DNA from: a virus
IMG/VR virus record: IMGVR_UViG_3300044568_002423
Direction: 5' to 3' (one strand)
DNA: 64,000 nt
Shown here: positions 1 through 10,105 of the stretch, in pieces
How positions within the stretch are numbered: the stretch's first letter is position 1
Layout: every line of letters starts with the position of its first letter
Program-made: the position numbers and the translations under genes
Notes under the pieces: model-generated
Told to the model about the DNA's origin: nothing
What the model saw: the letters and a program-made list of their open reading frames with translations, nothing else
Databases searched by the model: none

Positions 1-2
1 TG

Positions 3-3000
3 ATAAAACATGTTGGTATTATCAAGCCAGATACTAGTAAAATTAAGCAGGCGTTCTTATACAATAGAGTATCTAATAAGTTGATAACATATTTGGATGT
101 CCTCGACCCACTACATGGAAAGATCCCAGGCATTGCCGATGAAGAAATACGATACAAGGTATTCTATGATCCGGCGATATATTCAATAGGGGGTTCTGGA
201 ACAACGGTGGACGATGGTTCAGCTTGGAAAAAAGAAAAAGTGGGTTTATTGTGGTGGGATTTGAGAACATCAAAATTTGTCACAAGCAATGATGACGATG
301 TTGTTTATCGAAATAATACATGGAGTACATTAGCAACTGGTGCCAGTGTTGATATTTACGAGTGGGTTGAATCTAAATATCTTCCTGCTGATTGGGATTT
401 ACAGGCAGATACCGAATCTGGATTAGCTCTTAATATAAGTGGTACAACTTTATATGGTAACACCGCATACAGCATTGGTCGACGATATGACAATATCAGT
501 CAAACTTTTAAGAATACCTATTATTTTTGGGTTAAAAATAAAAAGACAACCCCAGCTGTCGTTGGAAGAACTATTTCTGCCAGTTCAGTATCTAACCTAG
601 TAGGAAATGCTAGAGGTGATGGATATCAGTACTTGGCGCTAACTGGTTCGAACTCATTTAGTTTAGCAAATGTAAAATCCTTATTGAAGGATCGTGATGT
701 AGTATTATCAGTTGAATATTGGGTAGTTGACAAAATAGATCAAAATATCCATTCTCAATGGAAATTAATAAGTTCTGAAATAAACACTCAACTTCCGTAT
801 AAAATTGAGAAAAAATGGTTTGATAGTTTATGTGGTAAGGATGAAAAGGACAGGTTGGTGCCAGATATCTCATTGCCGATAAAACTACAATATGGTATTG
901 AATTTAGACCACGACAATCTATGTTTATTAATAGATTTGAGGCTTTGAAGCAATATGTCGAACAGGCAAACTTAGTCTTACAGGAAAACTTGATATCTGA
1001 GTCTAGAGACCTTTCAAATTTAGAAAGTTACGAGGCAGAACCAAATGTAATTAGAGGATTGTATGATAGTGTTCTTGATACAGACGCGGAATTGAGGTTT
1101 GCAGCAGTTTCAACTTACACCAGGCCATCATTAATTCCTATAATAACCGATGGGAGAATAACCGGTGTAGAAATAACATCATCCGGTAGTGGGTATTTAA
1201 ATCCTCCGTATATTGAAGTTGTTGGTTCTGGAGTTGATGCTGTCGTTAAGGCAACTATAAATTCATCTGGAAAGATTACAGGAGCGACTATAATCAATAG
1301 TGGAGAAGGTTACACCGATTACACCGTGATGGTAGTTAGGGATTATTCCGTATTAGTTCACAGTGATTCAGAGTCTTCTGGAAATTGGAGCATATATTCA
1401 TATGATCCGACCACATATGTGTGGTCTAGAACTCATTCGCAAACATATGACACTACTAACTATTGGAGTTTTGTTGATTGGTATGCTACTGGATACAACA
1501 AATTTAGTTCAGTAGTAAATTCAGTTGACACCTATTCTGAATTGTTCAATATTGAAGTCAATATAGGCGAGTTAGTTAAGGTAAGAACTACTAATGTCGG
1601 CAATTGGGTAATATTAGAAAAATACGCAGATAGTCAGTCAGTGGACTGGACTTCCTCGTATAAAATAGTAGGAAGTCAAAACGGCACCATTCAATTAAGT
1701 TCATCCTTGTATAAATTTGTCGATACTGGAGTTGGCTATGATAACGTGTTATATGATGGTGGTAATTTTGATAATAATGCGTCGGTCGAACTTCGTAATA
1801 TATTGAATGCAATGAAGAATGATATTTTTATTGATGAGTTAAAATCCTCCTACTTGAATTTATTTTTCACAACAGTCAGGTATGCGTTAAGTGAACAAAC
1901 ATATGTTGATTGGATTTTTAAGACCAGTTTTATAAAAGCAAGGCATACAGTAGGGGCATTAAGTCAGCCAGTTACTTATAAAAATGATAACTTGTCAAAT
2001 TTTGAAGATTATGTCGCAGAGGTAAAACCATATAGGACAAAAATTAGAGAATATATCAGCGCGTACAATAGGCTTGAAGTTGGTGAAATGTCTATAACTG
2101 ATTTTGATTTACCTGCCATATATGAAAATGGACAATTGGGAATAATTGACACACGTGTGACCGATGATGTGATTAGTGTAGATAATTCTATAATTCAAAC
2201 CTATCCTTGGAAACATTGGTTGGATAACGTTGGGTTCACTATAACTGAATTGAATTTAGTTAACTCTGGTTCTGGTTATGTATCAGAGCCAGTTGTTAGA
2301 ATAGTTAGTAATTCAGGGTCGGGCGCCGTTGCTAGAGCTTTTATTGCCAATGGTAGAGTTAATAGAATAACTCTTTTATCCACTGGTAGTGGATATCTAT
2401 CAGCTCCTTCTGTGTATATTGAGGGTGGTTTGGAAACTAGCGGAACAGCAGCTAGAGCAATTGCGGTTATTGGTGATAGTGTGGTTCGTTCAACTCTCGT
2501 TAAAATGAAATTTGATAGAATAACACAAACTTATTTTATAACTAAACTTCAGGAAACAGAAACATTGATTGGGACTGGTTCGAGATTACAATTCCCATTA
2601 ACCTGGGCTCCTGATGTTAGAATAGGAACTGTTACGGTAACGATTAATGGTATCGGTGCGTTAAGAGACAATTATAAATTGAAAATAGTTAAGTCGACCG
2701 CCAAAGGATACACATCGTATTCTGGTTCTATAACGTTTGATTCCGCACCTGCAACTGGAGATGTGGTAGTTGTTACATATTTGAAGGATTGGTCATTATT
2801 AAATGCTGCAGATAGAATTCAATTTTACTACAACCCACAAACGGGTGATTTAGGTAAAGATTTGTCACAATTAATGACTGGTATAGATTATGGTGGGGTT
2901 ATTGTAAGTGGTATTGGATTTGATATCAGTAGAGGATGGGATAGTACTCCATTCTTCTCTGACAAATGGGACACTTCTGATCCAACATTTGATGATTATA

Positions 3001-5636
3001 TAGTAGTAGTTGCCGAAGGTACTCATACCTTCACTTTGCCGTATATTCCATCAGTGGGAACCTTAATAAATGTATATCATAATGAAGTACGAATTGATGA
3101 CGAGCAATATGGAACGCCGCAGCAAACTAACGACAATGCGGTAATGTTATCATGGGAGGCTGATGGAGTTTCACAGACTATTGTTATACCAAACACCGTA
3201 GTGGTTTTAGAAACTGATCAGTTTATTTTCCGCAAAACTACAAGTGATGGTTCAATTAAACCACAAGAATCAGACTATGATACTGCGTTGAGCGGAGGAG
3301 ATTTGGCATATAGTACAGCAACTGGATTATCAGCTTCGGATCTTATTATTGATGGTGATGGATTTGTAACACCAACATCAAGTTCAGCTCCTGAAGAAGT
3401 AGTCCCTGGACAGATAGTTGATGCCGTTGCCATTAAGGTTTATGATAGACCTTCTAGTGGTTCTGCCAGTATTAATGTAGACAACTATGTGGCAGACGGT
3501 GAACAAACTGTATTTTCTTTAACGAAGCCTATAAACAGTCCTCGCGCAATTATAGTAAAAGTTTCAAACGGGGTAGATTCTGAAATAAAAACTATCGATA
3601 TTGATTATGAGGTTGATTATCAACATAATTTAGTTATATTTGAACAAGCACCGGAAAACAAGGCTGTCGTGTCTATTTTTGGCATTGGTATAAATGGCAA
3701 TAATATACTGGATGTTGGCTACGTGGTTGGAGATGGACAGGCTACTGAGTTTGTTACAAAAGCACCATGGGTAACACCAGTTACGTCGAATGTATGTATA
3801 AATGGAGTAGTATTCCCATATGAATTATTTCAAATAGATGATTTTATAGGTGTTAGGTTTGCTACGGCTCCTGAAAATGGTGATATAATAAATTATATTA
3901 TCGTCAGTGGTCTAGAGCAATCATTTGCTGTTACCAAAATAGAAAAAATAGCAGTCGATGGTAGGTCTTCCGAACTCCCTTATGATTTATTATATTCCGC
4001 AGGTGATTCATTGCCGATAGAATCAAACATAATAGTTAGAGTTGACAACTTGATTTTATCTAGTCCAAACAATAGTTATTTTACTATAAAGAGTAATAGA
4101 TTAACTTATGTGATTGATTCGACCAAATTTCTTCCATATTCGGTAGATGTTTACAATATCTCTGTCTTTGCTGGTGGTAACTTACTATCTATTGGCAGTG
4201 ACTATTCAGTTGATTTTAGTGTAATTAGTATTAAATTATCTAGAGTTGCATATGCGACTTATTCTGGACAAACGCTAGTCGTAAGTGTGAATAGAGACAA
4301 TGGGTATTTCTACATACCGCAAAACGGAATAGCTAAAGCCAAAATACTATTTACGGAAACGTATAATAGTCCACAGCAGGTCGAGGTTATAAGTTCTTAT
4401 AAACATGAAGTATTAGATATTCAAAGAACCACTGTTCGTGCTATGACGGACAGTGAGATAATCACGGACACTCCGGCGTATTACTACTACAAAGATATAA
4501 TGGGCGGGATATTACAACTCGAACGAGCGGTGATAAACGATGATTATGTATGGATAGTTAAAAATGGTAATTTGTTAATACCTAGTGTTGACTATAAGTT
4601 GAATGTAAATAAAACATCAGTGACTTTGTCGGTGGATTCTGTTGAAACTGATGAATACACAATAATTACATACGGTAGCAATATTGTTTTACCTAATGTT
4701 GCTTATATGCAGTTCAAAGATATGCTTAATAGAACACATTTTAAACGATTAAGTGCTAACAAACAAACAAAATTGGCTACTGATTTACATTGGAATGATA
4801 TCAAGATATCTGTGGAAGATGCTAGTAATTTTGATATACCAAATCCTGCTGCTAATCGACCAGGGATAATTGAAATTCGCGGTGAACGTATTGAATATTT
4901 CAGTTTAGTAAATACTGGTGGAGTTTGGGAATTAGGACAAATTCGCAGAGGAACGCTTGGTACAGGAACCCCAAGTATTCACCTGGTTGGTGCGTATGTG
5001 CAGGATATCGGATCAAGTGAAACAATACCGTATAGTGAAACATCTGTAATAGAACAAGTTATAGCAGAGGGCACACACAACGTATCATTGACGTTTGTTC
5101 CAACCTTATCAACTGAAGATTGGAGTTCACAATATGCTAGTGGTTTTATATCAGCGATTCCATCTGGGTATGGCCAAGCAAATGATATTGAAGTATTCGT
5201 AGGTGGGTATAGTAACGAGGTTGAATGGGCGGCAAATGTCTCATATGTAGTTGACGCAATTGTTATTGTCGGAAGTTATACCTATAGATGTACTATATCA
5301 CATACTAGTAGTTCAGATTTTAGCCTGGATAGTGCTAACTGGATGTTCTTTATTGGCAATATTAGATTGAAAAAGCACCCATATAGGGTCCACAATGTAA
5401 ATATAAATCCAGACAGTCCAGATGGAGATATTCAATTTGATGCTGATTTCTCGGTTGATGGGATTGACAATAATATATATTTAACGAATGTATTATCAAC
5501 CGGCACGATAGTAACAGTGGTGAAACGTACAGGAAATAAATGGAATAATGAAGGTGATATACAACGTGGTACTGGCAAGATTGAAAAATTTTTGAAAGCA
5601 ACACCGGGAATCTGGTATACACAAATGAATCAATAA
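3..5636 (+). CDS. Very large virion structural protein (baseplate wedge/hub-like), 5'-truncated
   Basis: Frame is open from base 3 (IKHVGIIKPD...), so the TTG at 81 is not the true start. Beta-rich G/S/T/V composition, repeated 'SGSGY.S.P.V.I.G..G.GA' units, 'Y.AEVKPYRTKIREY' segment, C-terminal CBM-like 'WAANVSYVVDAIV...YRCTISHTS' module. Confidence 0.75.
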   Translation: MKHVGIIKPDTSKIKQAFLYNRVSNKLITYLDVLDPLHGKIPGIADEEIRYKVFYDPAIYSIGGSGTTVDDGSAWKKEKVGLLWWDLRTSKFVTSNDDDVVYRNNTWSTLATGASVDIYEWVESKYLPADWDLQADTESGLALNISGTTLYGNTAYSIGRRYDNISQTFKNTYYFWVKNKKTTPAVVGRTISASSVSNLVGNARGDGYQYLALTGSNSFSLANVKSLLKDRDVVLSVEYWVVDKIDQNIHSQWKLISSEINTQLPYKIEKKWFDSLCGKDEKDRLVPDISLPIKLQYGIEFRPRQSMFINRFEALKQYVEQANLVLQENLISESRDLSNLESYEAEPNVIRGLYDSVLDTDAELRFAAVSTYTRPSLIPIITDGRITGVEITSSGSGYLNPPYIEVVGSGVDAVVKATINSSGKITGATIINSGEGYTDYTVMVVRDYSVLVHSDSESSGNWSIYSYDPTTYVWSRTHSQTYDTTNYWSFVDWYATGYNKFSSVVNSVDTYSELFNIEVNIGELVKVRTTNVGNWVILEKYADSQSVDWTSSYKIVGSQNGTIQLSSSLYKFVDTGVGYDNVLYDGGNFDNNASVELRNILNAMKNDIFIDELKSSYLNLFFTTVRYALSEQTYVDWIFKTSFIKARHTVGALSQPVTYKNDNLSNFEDYVAEVKPYRTKIREYISAYNRLEVGEMSITDFDLPAIYENGQLGIIDTRVTDDVISVDNSIIQTYPWKHWLDNVGFTITELNLVNSGSGYVSEPVVRIVSNSGSGAVARAFIANGRVNRITLLSTGSGYLSAPSVYIEGGLETSGTAARAIAVIGDSVVRSTLVKMKFDRITQTYFITKLQETETLIGTGSRLQFPLTWAPDVRIGTVTVTINGIGALRDNYKLKIVKSTAKGYTSYSGSITFDSAPATGDVVVVTYLKDWSLLNAADRIQFYYNPQTGDLGKDLSQLMTGIDYGGVIVSGIGFDISRGWDSTPFFSDKWDTSDPTFDDYIVVVAEGTHTFTLPYIPSVGTLINVYHNEVRIDDEQYGTPQQTNDNAVMLSWEADGVSQTIVIPNTVVVLETDQFIFRKTTSDGSIKPQESDYDTALSGGDLAYSTATGLSASDLIIDGDGFVTPTSSSAPEEVVPGQIVDAVAIKVYDRPSSGSASINVDNYVADGEQTVFSLTKPINSPRAIIVKVSNGVDSEIKTIDIDYEVDYQHNLVIFEQAPENKAVVSIFGIGINGNNILDVGYVVGDGQATEFVTKAPWVTPVTSNVCINGVVFPYELFQIDDFIGVRFATAPENGDIINYIIVSGLEQSFAVTKIEKIAVDGRSSELPYDLLYSAGDSLPIESNIIVRVDNLILSSPNNSYFTIKSNRLTYVIDSTKFLPYSVDVYNISVFAGGNLLSIGSDYSVDFSVISIKLSRVAYATYSGQTLVVSVNRDNGYFYIPQNGIAKAKILFTETYNSPQQVEVISSYKHEVLDIQRTTVRAMTDSEIITDTPAYYYYKDIMGGILQLERAVINDDYVWIVKNGNLLIPSVDYKLNVNKTSVTLSVDSVETDEYTIITYGSNIVLPNVAYMQFKDMLNRTHFKRLSANKQTKLATDLHWNDIKISVEDASNFDIPNPAANRPGIIEIRGERIEYFSLVNTGGVWELGQIRRGTLGTGTPSIHLVGAYVQDIGSSETIPYSETSVIEQVIAEGTHNVSLTFVPTLSTEDWSSQYASGFISAIPSGYGQANDIEVFVGGYSNEVEWAANVSYVVDAIVIVGSYTYRCTISHTSSSDFSLDSANWMFFIGNIRLKKHPYRVHNVNINPDSPDGDIQFDADFSVDGIDNNIYLTNVLSTGTIVTVVKRTGNKWNNEGDIQRGTGKIEKFLKATPGIWYTQMNQ

Positions 5637-5657
5637 ACACCACAGATAATATTACTT

Positions 5658-5665
5658 GATAAATA
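5658..5665 (+). promoter_or_regulatory. Late promoter-like GATAAATA
   Basis: Variant of the T4 late promoter TATAAATA, 20 nt upstream of ATG 5686. The same octamer recurs before many structural genes. Confidence 0.6.
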
Positions 5666-5685
5666 TAAAGATAAGAGAGATTACT

Positions 5686-6282
5686 ATGCAGTCTAAAGAC
5701 ATGACAGGAATACATATACGAGGTCACATTAAAATATTTGACCCGATAACTAACGAAATATTTCAGGATAAGAGCAATGCGATACACTATGAAAATATGA
5801 GTATCGCATTAGCGGAGAGTATAGCCAACAATAGTCAGGGTGTAATACATTCCATGGCATTTGGTAATGGCGGAACCGCGATTGACCCAACTGGAATCAT
5901 CACCTATTTGACACCAAATAGTTCTGGCACTAACGCAAGTTTGTACAATCAAACGTATACGAAGGTCGTGGATGCTAATTCCACAACAAACGTAGATCCA
6001 ACTAGAAACTTTATAGAAACTAGGCACGTGACTGGTACCAATTACACAGATGTATTTGTTACATGTTTATTAGATTATGGCGAACCGAGTGGACAAAGTG
6101 CTTATGACGTAACCGCCAATAATGAAAGTGCGTACGTATTTGATGAATTAGGACTAGTGTCTTCAAGTGGTTTGTTACTCACTCATGTAATGTTTCATTC
6201 CGTTCAAAAATCATTGAATAGATTGATACAAATTGATTATACCGTGCGTATACAAAGTTTAACTGGCTTAGCGGGAGTTTAA
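5686..6282 (+). CDS. Baseplate/tail structural protein
   Basis: 'MAFGNGG...L...FDELGL...LLTHV.F..VQKS.NR.I.I.YT' pattern typical of phage baseplate/fibre-attachment proteins. Start moved to ATG 5686, downstream of the late promoter. Confidence 0.6.
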   Translation: MQSKDMTGIHIRGHIKIFDPITNEIFQDKSNAIHYENMSIALAESIANNSQGVIHSMAFGNGGTAIDPTGIITYLTPNSSGTNASLYNQTYTKVVDANSTTNVDPTRNFIETRHVTGTNYTDVFVTCLLDYGEPSGQSAYDVTANNESAYVFDELGLVSSSGLLLTHVMFHSVQKSLNRLIQIDYTVRIQSLTGLAGV

Positions 6283-6285
6283 TAA

Positions 6286-8415
6286 ATGACTTATCAAGTT
6301 AATTTTACAGAAACGACCAACCCAGCAAAACCGGCGATTATTGTTGAAGATCAATCATTAAATATCGAAACAGATATCACATTTGTTGGTAAGAATTATT
6401 CCTCATACGGACCAGTATTGGCGGAAAATTTCTTACATCTATTAGAAAATTTTGCCAAAAACACCGCACCTCTACAACCTGTACAGGGACAATTATGGTA
6501 TGATAATAGCACTGGTGTGAATTTATTAAAAGTATACGATGGGACTACTTGGACCGCCGCTGGATCTGTTAAAAAAGCAAATTACGCCCCGTTAGTACAA
6601 AATAGTACAGTTGGTGATTTATGGGTTGATAATACCAATAATCAATTATACCTATTTTCAGGATCTACCTGGTTATTAGTTGGACCACAATACAGTGCTG
6701 GATTAAAGACTGGTCCAGTTATTGAAACTATAATAGACACCGAAAACACTACACATGGGGTAATTTCCTTATATTCTGATAATTATCGTATAGCTATTGT
6801 TAGCTCATCTTCATTTGTACCAAAGGCTTCTATTACTGGATTTACAAATATCAACAAAGGAATCAGTTTAAGTTCAGCTGATTCTGATATAAAATTTCAA
6901 GGAACCTCGACGAAAGCTGATGCACTAGTGGTAAATGGCTCCACCGTAAGTTCTTCCAATTTTTTACGTTCGGATGCGACTGTTCCGTCTGACGTACAAC
7001 TAAGTATTCGTTCAGATAATGGTATTAATATCGGTAGTGATTTGAGTTTTAGTATACGTACTGATTCTTCTTCTACTATTTTGACATCAAAAACTAATGG
7101 AAAAAGTATTGATTTTAAGTTAAATGATTCAACTACTGTTGTTCATTTGGACTCTAGTTTAAATGTTGGCATTGGTGTTAATAATATTAATCCATCTGAG
7201 ACATTGGATGTACTAGGTAGCATAACGGTTAGTGATAAGATAAAAGTTACCGGAACACAGGATTCTACTTCGGTTGGTACTGGAAGCATTATAACTAGCG
7301 GTGGGCTTTCTGTTGCTAAGAAGACTAATTTTGGTGATTCCGTATCTTTCTATGGAGATGTATATGTTAATAACCTAGATATCAATGGTTCGCCAACTGC
7401 CGGTGCAATTTTACTACCAGGGTATGCTACCACTTCTCCTAACCAACCGTTGTATGACATTGGTTCGACGACTCATTCATTTAGAAATATATATGCTCAA
7501 CAATTTGTTGGTGATTTTACTGGGTCGTTTACCGGCACGTTAAATGGATCTATAAGTGGTTCTGCTGCATTATTGGCTAGTCCGACCGCATTTAGTTTAG
7601 CCGGAGAGGTCACCAGTGATGTTATATCATTCAATGGACAGACTCAAAACGGTACAGCGATATTCAACACATCCATCAGTTCAAGTATCATCGGGTCTAA
7701 AACGCAAGTATATGATTCATTCTTAACCGATGAATTATTAATAAATCGCACCGTCGGCATAGACGCTGGTCTTAAGAAAGTAACTAAGCAAACATTTATA
7801 TCAAATATACCAACTGTTCCAGTTGGTGCGATATTTCCGTTTGCTGGATTAATTCCTCCGACAGGATATCTGTTATGTGATGGCGGGGAAGTAAGAATAG
7901 CTGACTATACTGATTTGTATAATGTGATTGGATATAATTACAAGGTTTATACCTCATTAGTCGGCTATGGCACATTTGGATTGCCGGATTTTAGGGGTAG
8001 ATTTGCTCTTGGTCGTGATAATATGGATAACAATACTACTGTTCCTAGTTTCAGCAATCCTGCGTTGGATATCGATGCTGGCGGCGGGTCTGCTGATAGA
8101 GTCACTGATGTGTCTGCAGATAATATTGGTAATCATGCTGGTAGTGAATCAAGAACATTGACTATTCTAAACATTCCAGAGCACAAACACAATATGCGTA
8201 CAAATACTGGACAGTATTACGCAGCTGGGTTACCTGGTGGTGCGTCAGATCCTGAGGCAGAACCAAATTTGGGTATGCCATCATCAAGTACCGGGTATGG
8301 ATTGAGAAATAGTGGCAACGTGGATGTTCCTATAAACACAAATTTAGGGCAGGCATTTTCTGTGATGAACCCGTACTTAACTATTAATTACATAATTTTC
8401 ACTGGTAAAATATAA
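6286..8415 (+). CDS. Tail fibre protein with tail-collar domain
   Basis: N-terminal 'GKNY..YG...ENFLHLLENFA...GQLWYD' module; C-terminal collar motif 'PVGAIFPFAG..PPTGYLLCDG...LPDFRGRF' and 'HKH...NPYLTINYII' tip. Confidence 0.8.
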   Translation: MTYQVNFTETTNPAKPAIIVEDQSLNIETDITFVGKNYSSYGPVLAENFLHLLENFAKNTAPLQPVQGQLWYDNSTGVNLLKVYDGTTWTAAGSVKKANYAPLVQNSTVGDLWVDNTNNQLYLFSGSTWLLVGPQYSAGLKTGPVIETIIDTENTTHGVISLYSDNYRIAIVSSSSFVPKASITGFTNINKGISLSSADSDIKFQGTSTKADALVVNGSTVSSSNFLRSDATVPSDVQLSIRSDNGINIGSDLSFSIRTDSSSTILTSKTNGKSIDFKLNDSTTVVHLDSSLNVGIGVNNINPSETLDVLGSITVSDKIKVTGTQDSTSVGTGSIITSGGLSVAKKTNFGDSVSFYGDVYVNNLDINGSPTAGAILLPGYATTSPNQPLYDIGSTTHSFRNIYAQQFVGDFTGSFTGTLNGSISGSAALLASPTAFSLAGEVTSDVISFNGQTQNGTAIFNTSISSSIIGSKTQVYDSFLTDELLINRTVGIDAGLKKVTKQTFISNIPTVPVGAIFPFAGLIPPTGYLLCDGGEVRIADYTDLYNVIGYNYKVYTSLVGYGTFGLPDFRGRFALGRDNMDNNTTVPSFSNPALDIDAGGGSADRVTDVSADNIGNHAGSESRTLTILNIPEHKHNMRTNTGQYYAAGLPGGASDPEAEPNLGMPSSSTGYGLRNSGNVDVPINTNLGQAFSVMNPYLTINYIIFTGKI

Positions 8416-10073
8416 TGAGCTATACTATAAATAAAACTGACGGATCTGTATTGACAGAAATAGTTGATGGGTCTATTGATCAAACCGCTTCTGATTTAAC
8501 TTTAATTGGTAAAAATTCTAGTTCATATGGGGAATTTCTCAATGAAAATTTAATACATATGTTGGAAAATTTTGCCAATACCTCTTCTCCAAATTACCCG
8601 ATAGCAGGCCAGTTATGGTTTGATACATCTGAGGGTAGATTAAAAGTTTATGATGGAAATATATTCAAGGTCAGCGGTGGCACTATTGTGGCGGCAACTG
8701 TACCAAGTTCTATAATCGAGGGTGATATTTGGATTGACTCGTATAGACAACAACTTTTTTTCAATGATGGGGTGTCAACGATACTTTCCGGCCCTGGTTA
8801 TTCAAAACAACAGGGTATTTCTGGATTGCAAACTGTTGATGTTACAGATATAAATGGTAATACTCATACGATTGTGTATCTATATGTAGCTCAAGTTTTA
8901 ATTGGGATTTTTAGCAAGGATGTGTTTATCCCCGACCCAGCTATTCCTGGGTTTACCGGCGAGGTATTAGTTGGTTTTAATACTAGTAATTACTCTGGAG
9001 TTAAGTTCCACGCACAAGCAACTATGGCGGATGCTCTGGTAGATCCAGTTGACGGTACCCTAAAAACAGCTAGCGATTTTATAGGTGCAAATCAAGACTC
9101 GGCGGTGGTCGGTACGTTAAGTATAGTAGATAGTACTCCGCTAATTCTCGGTCCTGCTAGTAACAATGAAATACAGGTTAATAGCGACGAGTTTAAGCTC
9201 ACCTCAAATACTACGGATCAAAAATTTAAAATAAGATTAAAAAATTCTAATGGATTATTACCGGCATTAACAATTGTGGCGGCAACTGAGAGGATTGGTC
9301 TATATACAGATACCCCTACAGCAACATTGGATGTCAATGGTGATGCCATCATACAAGGTAGTTTAACCGTCAATGGCAATTTAACTGCTATTAATACAAC
9401 TAATTTGGAAATTCAAGATAAATTAATTGAATTGGGAAAAACAACACTTCCAACCAATGCTACCGCAAATGGCGGTGGATTTAGTGTTGTTGCCGGTACT
9501 GACGTGGATAAAACATTCGTGTGGAATTCTTCTACTGCTAGTTGGTTATCATCCGAAAACATCAATATGCCATCTGGAAAGACTTATCAGATAAGTGGTT
9601 TTTCTGTGTTGAGTGACAGTACGCTTGGTGCAGGAGTGACAAACTCTAGTTTGACTAATGTTGGCATATTAACTGCGTTACAGGTAGACAGTATTAATAT
9701 CAATGATTCTACGATTAGTTATGTCAATGTCGCCCAGACAAATGGGGATATCACGTTGGTTCCAAAAGGTACTGGTTCTGTTGATGTCAGTAACGCACCC
9801 ATAATAAATGTAGCAGATCCAATATCAGACAATGATGCGGTAAATTTAATAACGCTTAGTACTTATATTGAATCAACGGCGTTAGCGTTGTCATTAGACA
9901 CGACTGGTTTGACAAATCCACAGATTGCTAGTAATTATCTCTCAAAGGTATTTCCTGCTGGTGAACATCAGGAATCTACGATATGTCGAGTAGTATGTAT
10001 GGATACCGGGGTGGCAACTATTCGGTTATTTGTGTTAAATGTCGGCGTATGGACATACCAAACCAATTTATAA
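8415..10073 (+). CDS. Tail fibre/baseplate protein (paralogue of flanking genes)
   Basis: Same N-terminal 'IGKN..YGE..NENL.HMLENFA...GQLWFD' module; TAATG overlap with the previous gene. Confidence 0.7.
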   Translation: MSYTINKTDGSVLTEIVDGSIDQTASDLTLIGKNSSSYGEFLNENLIHMLENFANTSSPNYPIAGQLWFDTSEGRLKVYDGNIFKVSGGTIVAATVPSSIIEGDIWIDSYRQQLFFNDGVSTILSGPGYSKQQGISGLQTVDVTDINGNTHTIVYLYVAQVLIGIFSKDVFIPDPAIPGFTGEVLVGFNTSNYSGVKFHAQATMADALVDPVDGTLKTASDFIGANQDSAVVGTLSIVDSTPLILGPASNNEIQVNSDEFKLTSNTTDQKFKIRLKNSNGLLPALTIVAATERIGLYTDTPTATLDVNGDAIIQGSLTVNGNLTAINTTNLEIQDKLIELGKTTLPTNATANGGGFSVVAGTDVDKTFVWNSSTASWLSSENINMPSGKTYQISGFSVLSDSTLGAGVTNSSLTNVGILTALQVDSININDSTISYVNVAQTNGDITLVPKGTGSVDVSNAPIINVADPISDNDAVNLITLSTYIESTALALSLDTTGLTNPQIASNYLSKVFPAGEHQESTICRVVCMDTGVATIRLFVLNVGVWTYQTNL

Positions 10074-10105
10074 TACTAAATACACTATCATAAGGAATTC
10101 AAAAG

